DNA of 64,000 bases from NCBI GenBank assembly GCA_964429235.1, contig CAYSAQ010000002.1, positions 230,952 to 294,951 of the forward strand, read 5' to 3'. Positions 1 to 9,390 of this stretch are shown in pieces. Position numbers and translations under genes: made by a program. The stretch is from an uncultured Candidatus Marinamargulisbacteria bacterium. GTDB lineage: Bacteria; Margulisbacteria; Riflemargulisbacteria; GWF2-35-9; DYQY01. Below the pieces are notes generated by a model that did no database searches, had not been told where the DNA came from, and worked only from the letters and a program-made list of their open reading frames with translations. Position 1 is the stretch's first letter. The number at the start of each line of letters is the position of its first letter.

Positions 1-1
1 T

Positions 2-499
2 AGGAATTATGCTGAATTAGAAAAATATATGTATGGTTCTGCTGCCGTTGTTGGTTTGATGATGAGCCATGTTATAGGGATTAGGGATCATAGGGCTTTA
101 GCATATGCTGAAAAGCTTGGATATGCTATGCAGTTAACAAACTTTTTAAGAGATATTAAAGAAGATCTTTTGTTGAGAGGCAGGATATATTTGCCTCAGA
201 ATGAACTTAGCAATAATGGAGTTACGGAAGAGATGTTGGTGGCAGAAGATGTGAACGAGGAGTTTGTTTCTTTTATGAAGTATCAGATACAACGAGCTAG
301 AGACTTATATGCTGAATCAGCTGAAGGGGTTAAATATCTAGAGAGTGGCGGAAGAAGAGCAGTAAGAACGGCAACAAAACTTTATTCTGCAATTCTGTCC
401 GAGATAGAACGCAATAGTTATGATGTTTTTAATAAAAGAGCTTCAATAAGTTTTATAAGAAAAATAATACTGTTAATAAGTGACAGAATAGTTAATTAG
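2..499 (+). CDS. squalene/phytoene synthase family protein, C-terminal part (5' end lies upstream of the window)
   Basis: Reading frame is open from position 2 with no start. Translation YAELEKYMYGSAAVVGLMM...LRDIKEDLLLRGRIYLPQNEL matches the conserved second Asp-rich region and C-terminal core of CrtB/CrtM/HpnD-type synthases. It sits directly upstream of a CrtI-like desaturase. Confidence 0.75.
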   Translation, partial: RNYAELEKYMYGSAAVVGLMMSHVIGIRDHRALAYAEKLGYAMQLTNFLRDIKEDLLLRGRIYLPQNELSNNGVTEEMLVAEDVNEEFVSFMKYQIQRARDLYAESAEGVKYLESGGRRAVRTATKLYSAILSEIERNSYDVFNKRASISFIRKIILLISDRIVN

Positions 500-568
500 G
501 GCATGACCTAGAACTATACTTGCTTTAGAGTTATTATTTTAAAAGAGTCTTTTAGTAGGAGTAGTATA

Positions 569-2077
569 ATGAGCGAAAAAATCTTAATAGTTGGCGGGGG
601 TATTGGCGGCATAGCCGTTTCTTGTCTGCTTGCAAAAAAAGGATATGAAGTAGTTTTATACGAGAAAGAAGACCGATTAGGCGGCCGTTGTAATATTTTA
701 CAAGAAAAAGGATATACTTTTGACATGGGGCCATCATGGTACTTGATGCCAGAGGTGTTTGAGCACTTTTTTGAATTATTAGGTGAAAAGGTTGAGGATC
801 ATTTAGAGCTTATTAAGCTAGAAGCGTCTTACCGAGCTTTCTATGAAACAAGTAAGAAGTTTAGCAAAGATATATATACAAATAGAGATAAGTTAAAAGA
901 AGTATTCGAGAGTTTTGAAGAGGGAAGCTCTGAAAAACTTGACGAGTATCTTGCAATTGCAGAGGGACAATATGGCATCGCAATGGAAGATTTTGTTTAT
1001 AGAAACTACGATAGTTTAGTTGATTTCCTTAATTTGAACTTATTAAAGAAAGCAAAGAAGTTTTCACTTTTTACTGCCATGGATACATATGTAAAAAAGT
1101 TTTTTGCCAATAGAGATCTCCGTAAATTATTGGAATATCAGATGGTTTTTTTGGGAGGGTCTCCCTATAGTACGCCTGCACTGTATAAAATAATGTCTCA
1201 TGTTGATATGAACCAAGGAGTGTTTTATCCAATGGGTGGGATGTATAAGCTAATAGAGGCCATGGAGCGTATTGGTCGTAATCTTGGCGTAGAGTATTAT
1301 GTGGGTTCTGCAGTTGAGGAGTTGATAGTTGAAAATAATTATGCTCAAGGGATACGGCTTGAGAATGGGCATTTCATAAGAGCTGATGAGGTTATTTGCA
1401 ATGCAGATATGGCTTATGTAGAAACAACGCTTATTAAGCAAAAGAAGTTTCAAACATATCCAAAGAGTTTTTGGAAAAGAAAAGTTTTTGCACCGTCAGG
1501 GTTGATAATCTATTTAGGAATTGATGGAGAATTGCCAGAGTTGATACATCACAATTTATATTTCTCGTTTGACTGGCAAAAGAATTTTGAGCAGATATTT
1601 AATAAGCCACAATGGCCAGCGGATCCTTCTTTTTATGTTTGCAGTCCTAGCAAAATAGATGATTCTGTGGCTCCAGAAGGTAAAGAGAGCTTGTTTGTGT
1701 TCGTTCCGATTCCTCCTGATTTGATATATAGCAGAGGGCAAGTAAAAGGGTATGCGGATAAAATAATTGATATGATTGCAGACAAGATGAAGATAAAGAA
1801 TTTGTCTAAAAGGATAGATTTTCAACAAGTGTTTTGTATAGATGATTTTAAACAGAAATATAATAGCTATAAAGGAACGGCTCTAGGGCTGGCACATACA
1901 TTGAGACAATCAGCATCAATGCGGCCAAATAATAAGAGTAAAAAAATAAAGAATTTGTACTATGTTGGAGCGAACACAAATCCAGGAATAGGTTTGCCGA
2001 TGAGCGTTATTAGTGCAGAACTTACATATAAAAGGCTTCGAGGGATTAATTCAAAAAAGAAGCTAGATAGACTGTAG
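569..2077 (+). CDS. phytoene desaturase family FAD-dependent oxidoreductase (CrtI/CrtN-like)
   Basis: 502 aa with an N-terminal Rossmann dinucleotide motif ILIVGGGIGGIAVSCLLAKKGYEVVLYEKEDRLGGR. Length and layout match CrtI/CrtN, and an SD-like aggag lies upstream. Confidence 0.85.
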   Translation: MSEKILIVGGGIGGIAVSCLLAKKGYEVVLYEKEDRLGGRCNILQEKGYTFDMGPSWYLMPEVFEHFFELLGEKVEDHLELIKLEASYRAFYETSKKFSKDIYTNRDKLKEVFESFEEGSSEKLDEYLAIAEGQYGIAMEDFVYRNYDSLVDFLNLNLLKKAKKFSLFTAMDTYVKKFFANRDLRKLLEYQMVFLGGSPYSTPALYKIMSHVDMNQGVFYPMGGMYKLIEAMERIGRNLGVEYYVGSAVEELIVENNYAQGIRLENGHFIRADEVICNADMAYVETTLIKQKKFQTYPKSFWKRKVFAPSGLIIYLGIDGELPELIHHNLYFSFDWQKNFEQIFNKPQWPADPSFYVCSPSKIDDSVAPEGKESLFVFVPIPPDLIYSRGQVKGYADKIIDMIADKMKIKNLSKRIDFQQVFCIDDFKQKYNSYKGTALGLAHTLRQSASMRPNNKSKKIKNLYYVGANTNPGIGLPMSVISAELTYKRLRGINSKKKLDRL

Positions 2078-2079
2078 CA

Positions 2080-2334
2080 TTGAAAAGGTTATGCTTGTTT
2101 GTTTTGTTTATGACCGTAGTTTCCCATGCTGGAATGTTGTCTGATATGTTAAATAATGATGGATCAAGATCTAGTATGATTGACGGACTTAAGTCATTGC
2201 TTAATATAAACAAAAAAATAACCGTGGATAACGTTTTATCTGAACGAGTTATAACAATTGAGTTTAAGGAGATTGATCCTGTTACTATTCCAGAAATAAA
2301 AGAAGTAACAATAAAAGAGGTTGTTTTGAAATGA
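2080..2334 (+). CDS. hypothetical small exported protein
   Basis: 84 aa with a hydrophobic signal-like N-terminus (LCLFVLFMTVVSHA). It is tightly packed between the desaturase and the DUF2141 gene. Confidence 0.4.
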   Translation: MKRLCLFVLFMTVVSHAGMLSDMLNNDGSRSSMIDGLKSLLNINKKITVDNVLSERVITIEFKEIDPVTIPEIKEVTIKEVVLK

Positions 2335-2741
2335 AAAAGTGTATTATGTTTGGTTTGTTATTTGTGATTACGATTTCTTTTGCCGGGCAGCTAAGTGTAA
2401 ATTTTCAGGCTAGAAGCAATAAAGGCGAAGTGTACGTTTCTGTTCATAGCAATGTTGCTACTTTTCCAATGAAAGCAGAAGAAGTTTCTATAAAAGCCTA
2501 TGTGTTGGCTTCAGAAAACGTAGTGATTATTAAGGATATTCCAAATGGCGAATATGCCGTGGCTATATATCACGATGAGAATAGCAATGGGAAGTTAGAT
2601 ACCGGCTGGTTTGGCATCCCTGCTGAAGGCGTAGGCGCATCAAATAATAAGGCTAGTTTTGGTCCTCCAAGTTACAAAGATGCATTATTCAAAATAGATT
2701 CTGAGGAGAAACGGATAATAATAGATATAAAGTATTTGTAG
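2331..2741 (+). CDS. DUF2141 family exported protein
   Basis: 136 aa with a signal peptide and the DUF2141-like core NGEYAVAIYHDENSNGKLDTGWFGIPAEGVGASNN..FGPP. Its start overlaps the preceding ORF by 4 nt. Confidence 0.75.
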   Translation: MKKCIMFGLLFVITISFAGQLSVNFQARSNKGEVYVSVHSNVATFPMKAEEVSIKAYVLASENVVIIKDIPNGEYAVAIYHDENSNGKLDTGWFGIPAEGVGASNNKASFGPPSYKDALFKIDSEEKRIIIDIKYL

Positions 2742-3521
2742 TTATTCTAAACAGTATTTTTCGTTACATAAGCGATCTTTAAAAGGGTTTGCTCTTAGTT
2801 CAAATTTAAACAAATATGGATAGTCTGCATGCAAGTGTTTAATGTAAGAAAACCATTCTATAATAATTAACTTATAGCCTCTTTGGATGTCGGTAAGAAT
2901 ATGTTTTTGGTCTTCAATAGAATTCTTGGCAAGGTTCTTTCTTCTAAGAAGCTCTTCTGTTGTATGAAAAACAGACCATAATAGTGCGGTAAAAGCGTTA
3001 TGCTCTAATAAATTTTGGTTGCCTAGTAAGTTTAAAAGAAACTTTCTTTTTGAATCTAAGAAGTCTTTCAATCCTTCTACTTTTTCTCCATTATATTCTA
3101 ATGTGCATTTATGATTTTTTAGTTCTTTTTCTATTTTAATTAGGTCTTTAGCCGTCCATTCTTTATCGTGTTCGAATTTGACTTGTAATAGATGTTTATC
3201 TGAATCCAGTTGGGCCATTCTATACATAAGTTCTGAACCTGTTTCTGTAAAGAAAGCTCCGATTAGCATATTTAGCTTGTGAAGCTTTTCTTGTTTCTCT
3301 CTTTTTTCTAGAACTTGATGAATAATCATAGAAACGAATAGTACTTCTAATGGCAAGAAGGCTATGTCGCCAAACATGTAAATGAAGATGTGGTGCGCAT
3401 CGCGGAAAATGAGATAATGCTCAAAATATAGAAGTGCGCTGGATAGCACTAACATGCATCCGAGCCAAATTTGCCAAGGAATCTTTTTTAACATGTGGGT
3501 ATTATAGCTCATTTGTTTCAT
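2742..3521 (-). CDS. hypothetical membrane protein
   Basis: 259-aa ORF with two predicted hydrophobic helices near the N-terminus. No recognisable catalytic motif. Confidence 0.5.
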   Translation of the reverse strand: MKQMSYNTHMLKKIPWQIWLGCMLVLSSALLYFEHYLIFRDAHHIFIYMFGDIAFLPLEVLFVSMIIHQVLEKREKQEKLHKLNMLIGAFFTETGSELMYRMAQLDSDKHLLQVKFEHDKEWTAKDLIKIEKELKNHKCTLEYNGEKVEGLKDFLDSKRKFLLNLLGNQNLLEHNAFTALLWSVFHTTEELLRRKNLAKNSIEDQKHILTDIQRGYKLIIIEWFSYIKHLHADYPYLFKFELRANPFKDRLCNEKYCLE

Positions 3522-3583
3522 AGGGCGAAGCCTGAGCAGGCAAATAGATGATATAATGGCATATAGAAACAGGAGGGATTGCT

Positions 3584-3763
3584 ATGCCATATGTAAGTAT
3601 AAGAGTTGCGGGAGAGCTTTCTAAGGAACAAAAGCAAAAGATAGCAGAGGATGTTTCTGGATCTTTAGAAAAAAATGCGGGTAAGCCTAAGGATACGGTT
3701 CTAATCTTTTTTGATGAAGTTGCGAGAGAAAATATTGCTAAAGGCGATAAGCTTTTATCGTGA
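3584..3763 (+). CDS. 4-oxalocrotonate tautomerase family protein (59 aa; absent from the supplied ORF track)
   Basis: ATG at 3584 preceded by aggaggga. Translation MPYVSIRVAGELSKEQKQKIAEDVSGSLEKNAGKPKDTVLIFFDEVARENIAKGDKLLS has the Pro-1 tautomerase signature, and its TGA stop overlaps the polA GTG start. Confidence 0.75.
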   Translation: MPYVSIRVAGELSKEQKQKIAEDVSGSLEKNAGKPKDTVLIFFDEVARENIAKGDKLLS

Positions 3764-6438
3764 AAAAAGCATTATTAATAGATGGCCATAGTTTAGCCTA
3801 TAGGGCTTTTTTTGCTGTTGCTGGTTTGACCACAAAAGACGGTCAGCCTACAAATGCCTTGCTTGGTTTTGCCAACATGGTGTTACAAATTATTAAGAAT
3901 CGTAATCCTGATCAGGTTTATGTTGCCTTTGATTTACCAAAACCAACATTCAGACATAAGTTATATCCAGAGTATAAAGGACACAGAGAAACACCTCCAG
4001 ATGAGTTTATTTCACAGATTCCACTAATTAAAGAGTTTGTTGAAGCGATTGGGCTTCCGATTGTTCAGCAAGAGGGCTTTGAGGCAGATGATGTTATAGG
4101 AGCGTTAGCCAATAAACTTAGCTCAGAAGGTGTACAGCCTTTCATTGTTACAGGAGATAAAGATGCCTTTCAGTTAGTAACGGAAGATATTAGAGTTCTT
4201 TTAACAAAGAAGGGGATAACAGAAATAGAAGAGTACGGCCCAGCGGAAGTTTATGACCGGTATGGACTATTAGTAGACCAGATAATAGACATGAAAGCTT
4301 TAATGGGTGATAGCTCGGATAATATTCCAGGAGTAAAAGGGGTAGGAGAGAAAACCGCAATAAAACTGTTGATAGATTATGGAACACTAGAAGACCTTTA
4401 TGAGAATGTTGGTGAAATAAAAGGTAAATTACAAGAGAAGTTAATAAACGATAAAGATAACGCATTTCTTAGTAAGAAATTGGCAACGATTGATACGACA
4501 GTAGCGTTGCAGGTGTCCCTACAGGATATAGATATTGATTTGAAATTATTAGAAGATTTTTTAAAGAAATATCAGCTATATAGCTTGATTAAGCGTTTTA
4601 TAGGAGCTGAGCAAGCAGTAGAAGAGAAACAGGTTGAAACTGCAATCATTGATAACAAAGAGTCCTTAGCTGAGGCAATAGCATATATTAAAAAGCAAAA
4701 AGAAATATCCGTGTATTGTGAGTATGATGATCGTACAGGAGACATTATTGGTCTAAGCATAGCTTTTGGAGCAGGTAATGCCTATGTTATTCCTCTTAGC
4801 TTTCTTTCAGGCAATTTGAGTTCAGGTGAACAATCTGCATTTGGTCCTATGTTCGCTACAGAAGAAGATTCAGCTTTTGAAGATTTAAAAGAAATTTTTA
4901 ACCAGAATAATCATAAAGTTTTACATGATGCAAAAAGATTGAAGCATACCTTAGATAATGAGGGTATTGAGCTTAATGGTACTTACGATGATGTTATGCT
5001 TATGGACTATTTGCTCACTCCTGATAGGAATAATAGAGAAATAGATAAAATGATGAATGTTTATTTGCACGAGAATGTATTAAGTAAAAAAGAGGTTCTT
5101 AGCAAGAGTAAAAAATATCATTTTTGTGAAATTGCTGCAGATAAAGCATTGGACTATATGGCAAAAAGGGCTGAGGCTATTCTTAGATTAAAGCCACGAC
5201 TTTTGTCTTTATTGGAGACAGAGGGTGTTCTTTTTATATATGAAGAAATGGATCTCCCCCTTATTAATGTCTTATTTAAAATGGAGCAACAAGGAATTCT
5301 AATAGACAAAAAATATTTAAAAGATATGTCAAAGCATTTGCACACAGAGCTAACTAGCATCGAAGATAATATATATATACTGGCGGGTGAAGAGTTTAAT
5401 ATAAATTCTACTAAACAACTACAAGTTATTTTGTATGAGAAATTAGGATTGCCAGCACTTAAGAAGACAAAGACAGGGTATAGTACAAACGTTGATGTGC
5501 TTGAGGATTTAGCAGGCAAATATGAGATAGCTAAAAGTCTTATTGAATATAGAAAGCTTGCTAAATTATTAAATACCTATGTAGATGCTTTGCCAAAGCT
5601 AGCAGATAAAGATGGAAGAATACATACGACATTTAATCCAACAGTTGCAGCTACTGGAAGGCTAAGTAGCAGTGAGCCTAATTTACAAAATATTCCTATT
5701 AGAGGCGATATTGGAAGTAAGATTCGCGGAGCTTTTGTTGCGAAGCCAGGGTATACACTGATAGTTGCAGACTACTCTCAGATTGAGCTGAGAATATTGG
5801 CGCATATTAGTAAGGATGAAAAGCTAAGCGAAGCTTTTTTAACGGGTAAAGATGTTCATAGTGCGACAGCAGCTTCTGTTTTTGATGTCCCGCTGGAAGA
5901 GGTTACTACCGAGTTAAGAAGAAAAGCCAAGGCTATTAACTTTGGATTAGCGTACGGCATGGGTGCTTTTAACATGGCCAATTCTTTAGGAGTTGAAATG
6001 CATGAAGCTCAACATCATATTGATGTGTATTTTAATAACTTTCCTAACATCCAGAAGTTTATGGAAGAAGCGCCAAAAAAAGTAATGGAAAATGGCTATA
6101 TTGAGACATTGTATGGCCGAAAAAGGTATTTTAAGGATTTTGCTACTGCAGGAAAAAGAGAGCAGAATTCTCAGGCAAGGATGATTATAAATTCTCCAAT
6201 ACAGGGACTTGCTGCAGATATAGTCAAGTTGGCAATGATTGAGCTGGATAAAGAAATTGCTGCATATGATGCCAATGTTTTGTTACAGGTACATGATGAA
6301 CTTGTAGTGGAAGTAAAGAATGAACAAGCAGATGAGCTTTGTAAGCTAGTTGTGGATATTATGGAAAATGCTTATAAAATAGATGTGCCATTATTAGTTA
6401 ATGCATCAGTTGGTGATAATTGGTTAGAAGCAAAGTAA
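3760..6438 (+). CDS. polA: DNA polymerase I
   Basis: 892 aa with an N-terminal 5'-3' exonuclease region (LLIDGHSLAYRAFFA), a central domain and C-terminal polymerase motifs (DYSQIELRILAHIS; QVHDELVVEV). GTG start. Confidence 0.95.
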   Translation: MKKALLIDGHSLAYRAFFAVAGLTTKDGQPTNALLGFANMVLQIIKNRNPDQVYVAFDLPKPTFRHKLYPEYKGHRETPPDEFISQIPLIKEFVEAIGLPIVQQEGFEADDVIGALANKLSSEGVQPFIVTGDKDAFQLVTEDIRVLLTKKGITEIEEYGPAEVYDRYGLLVDQIIDMKALMGDSSDNIPGVKGVGEKTAIKLLIDYGTLEDLYENVGEIKGKLQEKLINDKDNAFLSKKLATIDTTVALQVSLQDIDIDLKLLEDFLKKYQLYSLIKRFIGAEQAVEEKQVETAIIDNKESLAEAIAYIKKQKEISVYCEYDDRTGDIIGLSIAFGAGNAYVIPLSFLSGNLSSGEQSAFGPMFATEEDSAFEDLKEIFNQNNHKVLHDAKRLKHTLDNEGIELNGTYDDVMLMDYLLTPDRNNREIDKMMNVYLHENVLSKKEVLSKSKKYHFCEIAADKALDYMAKRAEAILRLKPRLLSLLETEGVLFIYEEMDLPLINVLFKMEQQGILIDKKYLKDMSKHLHTELTSIEDNIYILAGEEFNINSTKQLQVILYEKLGLPALKKTKTGYSTNVDVLEDLAGKYEIAKSLIEYRKLAKLLNTYVDALPKLADKDGRIHTTFNPTVAATGRLSSSEPNLQNIPIRGDIGSKIRGAFVAKPGYTLIVADYSQIELRILAHISKDEKLSEAFLTGKDVHSATAASVFDVPLEEVTTELRRKAKAINFGLAYGMGAFNMANSLGVEMHEAQHHIDVYFNNFPNIQKFMEEAPKKVMENGYIETLYGRKRYFKDFATAGKREQNSQARMIINSPIQGLAADIVKLAMIELDKEIAAYDANVLLQVHDELVVEVKNEQADELCKLVVDIMENAYKIDVPLLVNASVGDNWLEAK

Positions 6439-6525
6439 TAACAATACTTTCTAGCTGTTGCCCTTTTACTTTTTGAGTTTTTTTGCCATAATTTTAGTTA
6501 GTAAGCCTTGAAGGAGATAATAACA

Positions 6526-7236
6526 ATGTCAAAGTATAAAAGAGTTTTATTGAAATTAAGCGGAGAGGCATTCTTAGGAAAAAGACAATATGGTATTGAT
6601 CCTGAGTTTTTAAAGGAATTAGCAGAAGAGATAGCAGATGTGAAATCTAATAAAACAGTTGAGCTAGCGATAGTAATTGGTGGTGGGAATATTTTTAGGG
6701 GGCTGAGTGGTGCCGCCAATGGGATGAATCGCGTAAAAGGCGATTATATGGGAATGTTGGCCACAGTTATGAATGCAATCGCATTGCAAGATGCGTTTGA
6801 TCAGGTTGGTTTAGATTCTAGGGTTCAAACATCTTTTGACATTAAAGAGTTTGCGGAACCGTTTATTTTGCAAAAAGCATTGAGACATTTAGCCAAAGGA
6901 AGAGTTGTAATATTCGCCGGTGGAACAGGAAATCCATTTTTTACTACAGATACGGCAGCAGTTCTAAGAGCTGTAGAGATAGATGCAGACCTTATTCTTA
7001 AGGCTACTAAAGTTGATGGTGTTTATGATAAGGATCCTGTGCAGCATCAAGATGCAAAGATGTATAAAGATATAACCTATATGGATGTGCTAAAGAAAGA
7101 CTTGCGGGTGATGGATTCTACTGCAATAAGTTTGAGTAAAGATAACAAGTTGCCGATGCAAGTTTTTAATATGAGCGTAAGGGGTAATATAAAGAGAGTT
7201 CTATCAGGTGAGGATATTGGTACAATAATAGGTTGA
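6526..7236 (+). CDS. pyrH: UMP kinase
   Basis: [16 protein letters not shown]...[10 protein letters not shown] is the canonical PyrH N-terminus. I prefer the ATG at 6526 with aaggaga 9 nt upstream over the track's TTG at 6508. Confidence 0.93.
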   Translation: MSKYKRVLLKLSGEAFLGKRQYGIDPEFLKELAEEIADVKSNKTVELAIVIGGGNIFRGLSGAANGMNRVKGDYMGMLATVMNAIALQDAFDQVGLDSRVQTSFDIKEFAEPFILQKALRHLAKGRVVIFAGGTGNPFFTTDTAAVLRAVEIDADLILKATKVDGVYDKDPVQHQDAKMYKDITYMDVLKKDLRVMDSTAISLSKDNKLPMQVFNMSVRGNIKRVLSGEDIGTIIG

Positions 7237-7301
7237 TTCGTTGAAAATATATTTACTGCAAGCTACAATTACAACAGCTTGTTAGATAACAGGAGGAAAG
7301 T

Positions 7302-7835
7302 ATGAGTGATATAAACGAGAGAATGCAAAAAGCTTTAGATAGCTTAAAAAATAATTTCATGACCCTTAGAACAGGAAGAGCTAATACTGATATTCTTAAT
7401 AGAGTAATGGTAGAGGCATATGGTTCTCAGATGCCAATTAATCAGGTTGCTACAATGCATATTCAAGATAGTAATGTAATAGTTGTGACTCCTTTTGATA
7501 AAAGCACATTAGGTGCTATAGAAAGAGGTATCGTGAAGGCTGATATTGGACTTAATCCTAACAATGACGGAATGAACGTTAGATTGATGATTCCGCCTTT
7601 AACACAGGAGAGAAGAAAAGTGTTGGATAAGGCAGCAAAAAAGATGGCAGAGGAATCTAGAGTTGTAGTTCGTAATACGAGAAGAGATTTTATGGACAAG
7701 ATAAAGAAGAACGAAGACCTAAGCGATGATGAAAAAAAACGCGAAGAGAATGGTGTTCAGACTGTTACGGATAAGTTCATCAAGAAAGCAGATGAGCTTT
7801 TAAATCACAAAGAGCAGGAAATAATGGAAATCTAA
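7302..7835 (+). CDS. frr: ribosome recycling factor
   Basis: 177 aa with typical RRF sequence (LRTGRANTDILNRVMVEAYG...). Conserved pyrH-frr-uppS-cdsA-dxr order. Confidence 0.95.
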   Translation: MSDINERMQKALDSLKNNFMTLRTGRANTDILNRVMVEAYGSQMPINQVATMHIQDSNVIVVTPFDKSTLGAIERGIVKADIGLNPNNDGMNVRLMIPPLTQERRKVLDKAAKKMAEESRVVVRNTRRDFMDKIKKNEDLSDDEKKREENGVQTVTDKFIKKADELLNHKEQEIMEI

Positions 7836-8530
7836 TGAATCAACAGACCCTTCCTGAGCATATTGCAATTATCATGGATGGCAATGGTCGTTGGGCTAAG
7901 CAAAGAGGTATCCCTAGAACCGCTGGACACAAAGAGGGCGGGAAAGCTCTAAAGAAAATAATCCGAGCTTGTAAAGAATTAGGCGTAAAGCAGTTATCTG
8001 TTTATGCATTTTCTACAGAAAATTGGAAGAGACCAGAAGAAGAGGTCAGTTTTTTGAAGGGGCTACTCAAGAATGCTTTGCTAAAAGAAGTTAAGAAGCT
8101 TTCCAAAGAGGGTGTTCGGATAAGGTTTTTAGGGCAGTTAGATGCTTTTGAGCCAGAACTAGTAACCCAGATTAGAGAGACAGAGGAATATACCAAAGAT
8201 AATTCGGAACATCAGCTTAATATAATGCTGAATTATGGTTCAAGAGCAGAGATAGTTCAGGCAGTTAATAAAGCAGTGGCGAATGGCGAAGAAATTACAG
8301 AAGAGATTTTCTCAGAGTTACTTTATACAAAAGATATTCCAGACCCAGAGCTTATTATTAGGACAAGTGGAGAGCAGAGATTGAGTAACTTTTTGTTGTG
8401 GCAAGCAGCTTATTCAGAGTTTTATTTTACTGACACATATTGGCCAGATTTTGATAAAAAGGAATTAGAGAAAGCAATAGCAGATTATTCTTCTCGCAAG
8501 AGAAGGTTTGGAGGATTAGATGGTTCTTAA
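7835..8530 (+). CDS. uppS: undecaprenyl diphosphate synthase
   Basis: HIAIIMDGNGRWA...FSTENWKRP are cis-prenyltransferase signature motifs. TAATG overlap with frr. Confidence 0.93.
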   Translation: MNQQTLPEHIAIIMDGNGRWAKQRGIPRTAGHKEGGKALKKIIRACKELGVKQLSVYAFSTENWKRPEEEVSFLKGLLKNALLKEVKKLSKEGVRIRFLGQLDAFEPELVTQIRETEEYTKDNSEHQLNIMLNYGSRAEIVQAVNKAVANGEEITEEIFSELLYTKDIPDPELIIRTSGEQRLSNFLLWQAAYSEFYFTDTYWPDFDKKELEKAIADYSSRKRRFGGLDGS

Positions 8531-9389
8531 AAGAAAATTATCAATTAGAAAGTTGTTTACTAGAGGGACAACAATCCTTATAGCTATACCCTTAGTAGTA
8601 TTAATTTTAGACCCGGTATTGCTTATAAAAGATCCTAATTTCTTGCCTTATGAGGGTCTTCCTTTTCTAATATTTGTTTTGAGTATAGCTATTTTAATGC
8701 TGAATGAGTTTTTTCAAATGGCAGACAAAGAAAGCAATGATCCATTGTTCTTGTCTGGACAAGCTATCGTAACAACTTTGATAGTTTTAGCATTTTTTAA
8801 GGAATTATCTTTTCTTTGGAATAACTTGTTTGCCTTTATTGCATCCATACTAGTTGTAATTATTTCTTTATATGAGCTCAGAAAGAAAAAGCTGCTTTTT
8901 TTCAAACAAAAAGAGTTAGTTAATTTTAGAGCAATTATGTATATTGGCTGGTGTGTTACCTTTCTAGTGCTTATTCGTAATCTCGAATTTGGAAAAGTGT
9001 TAGTATTTTATTTTGCTTTTACAGTTTGGTTTATGGATATATTTGCCTATCTTATTGGCATGACTATTGGCCGACATGAACTTAATGAAATTAGCCCCAA
9101 AAAATCCATAGAGGGTTCTGTTGGAGGTTTTGTGGCTGCCGTTGTTGCTTCGTATATAATGTTGTCTAGCGTAGGAAGTGTAGATGCGATTCATAGTATT
9201 ATTCTGGGAGGGATAATTGGTATTATTGGTCAGACAAGCGACTTGTACGAGTCTCTTATAAAGCGAACATATAATGTAAAAGATTCTAGTAATATTTTGC
9301 CTGGTCATGGTGGGATATTGGATAGGGCAGACAGTTTTATTCTGCTAGCGCCAATTGTTTATTATTATTTACTTTTCTTAGGGCTATAA
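8520..9389 (+). CDS. cdsA: phosphatidate cytidylyltransferase
   Basis: Polytopic membrane protein with the C-terminal CdsA signature SIKRTYNVKDSSNILPGHGGILDRADS. Confidence 0.88.
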   Translation: MVLKRKLSIRKLFTRGTTILIAIPLVVLILDPVLLIKDPNFLPYEGLPFLIFVLSIAILMLNEFFQMADKESNDPLFLSGQAIVTTLIVLAFFKELSFLWNNLFAFIASILVVIISLYELRKKKLLFFKQKELVNFRAIMYIGWCVTFLVLIRNLEFGKVLVFYFAFTVWFMDIFAYLIGMTIGRHELNEISPKKSIEGSVGGFVAAVVASYIMLSSVGSVDAIHSIILGGIIGIIGQTSDLYESLIKRTYNVKDSSNILPGHGGILDRADSFILLAPIVYYYLLFLGL

Positions 9390-9390
9390 G

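Noticed and set aside
514-737. Minus-strand ORFs (514-726, 552-737) overlapping the start of the desaturase gene
   Set aside because: They overlap the SD and N-terminal Rossmann motif region of a strongly supported gene and show no motif or start signal.
4190-5519. Three minus-strand ORFs (4190-4465, 4572-4760, 5154-5519) inside polA
   Set aside because: They lie entirely antisense within a well-supported 892-aa polA reading frame and have low-complexity, Leu/Ser-rich translations typical of shadow ORFs in AT-rich DNA.
6508-6525. TTG-initiated N-terminal extension of pyrH proposed by the ORF track; similar extensions for fabG (52341), trmH (44769) and the CHAP-like gene (31418)
   Set aside because: In each case an in-frame ATG with a well-spaced SD lies just downstream, and the resulting N-terminus matches the family consensus.
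6498-6719. Minus-strand 73-aa ORF overlapping the pyrH start
   Set aside because: Antisense to a conserved gene, with no SD and a low-complexity translation.
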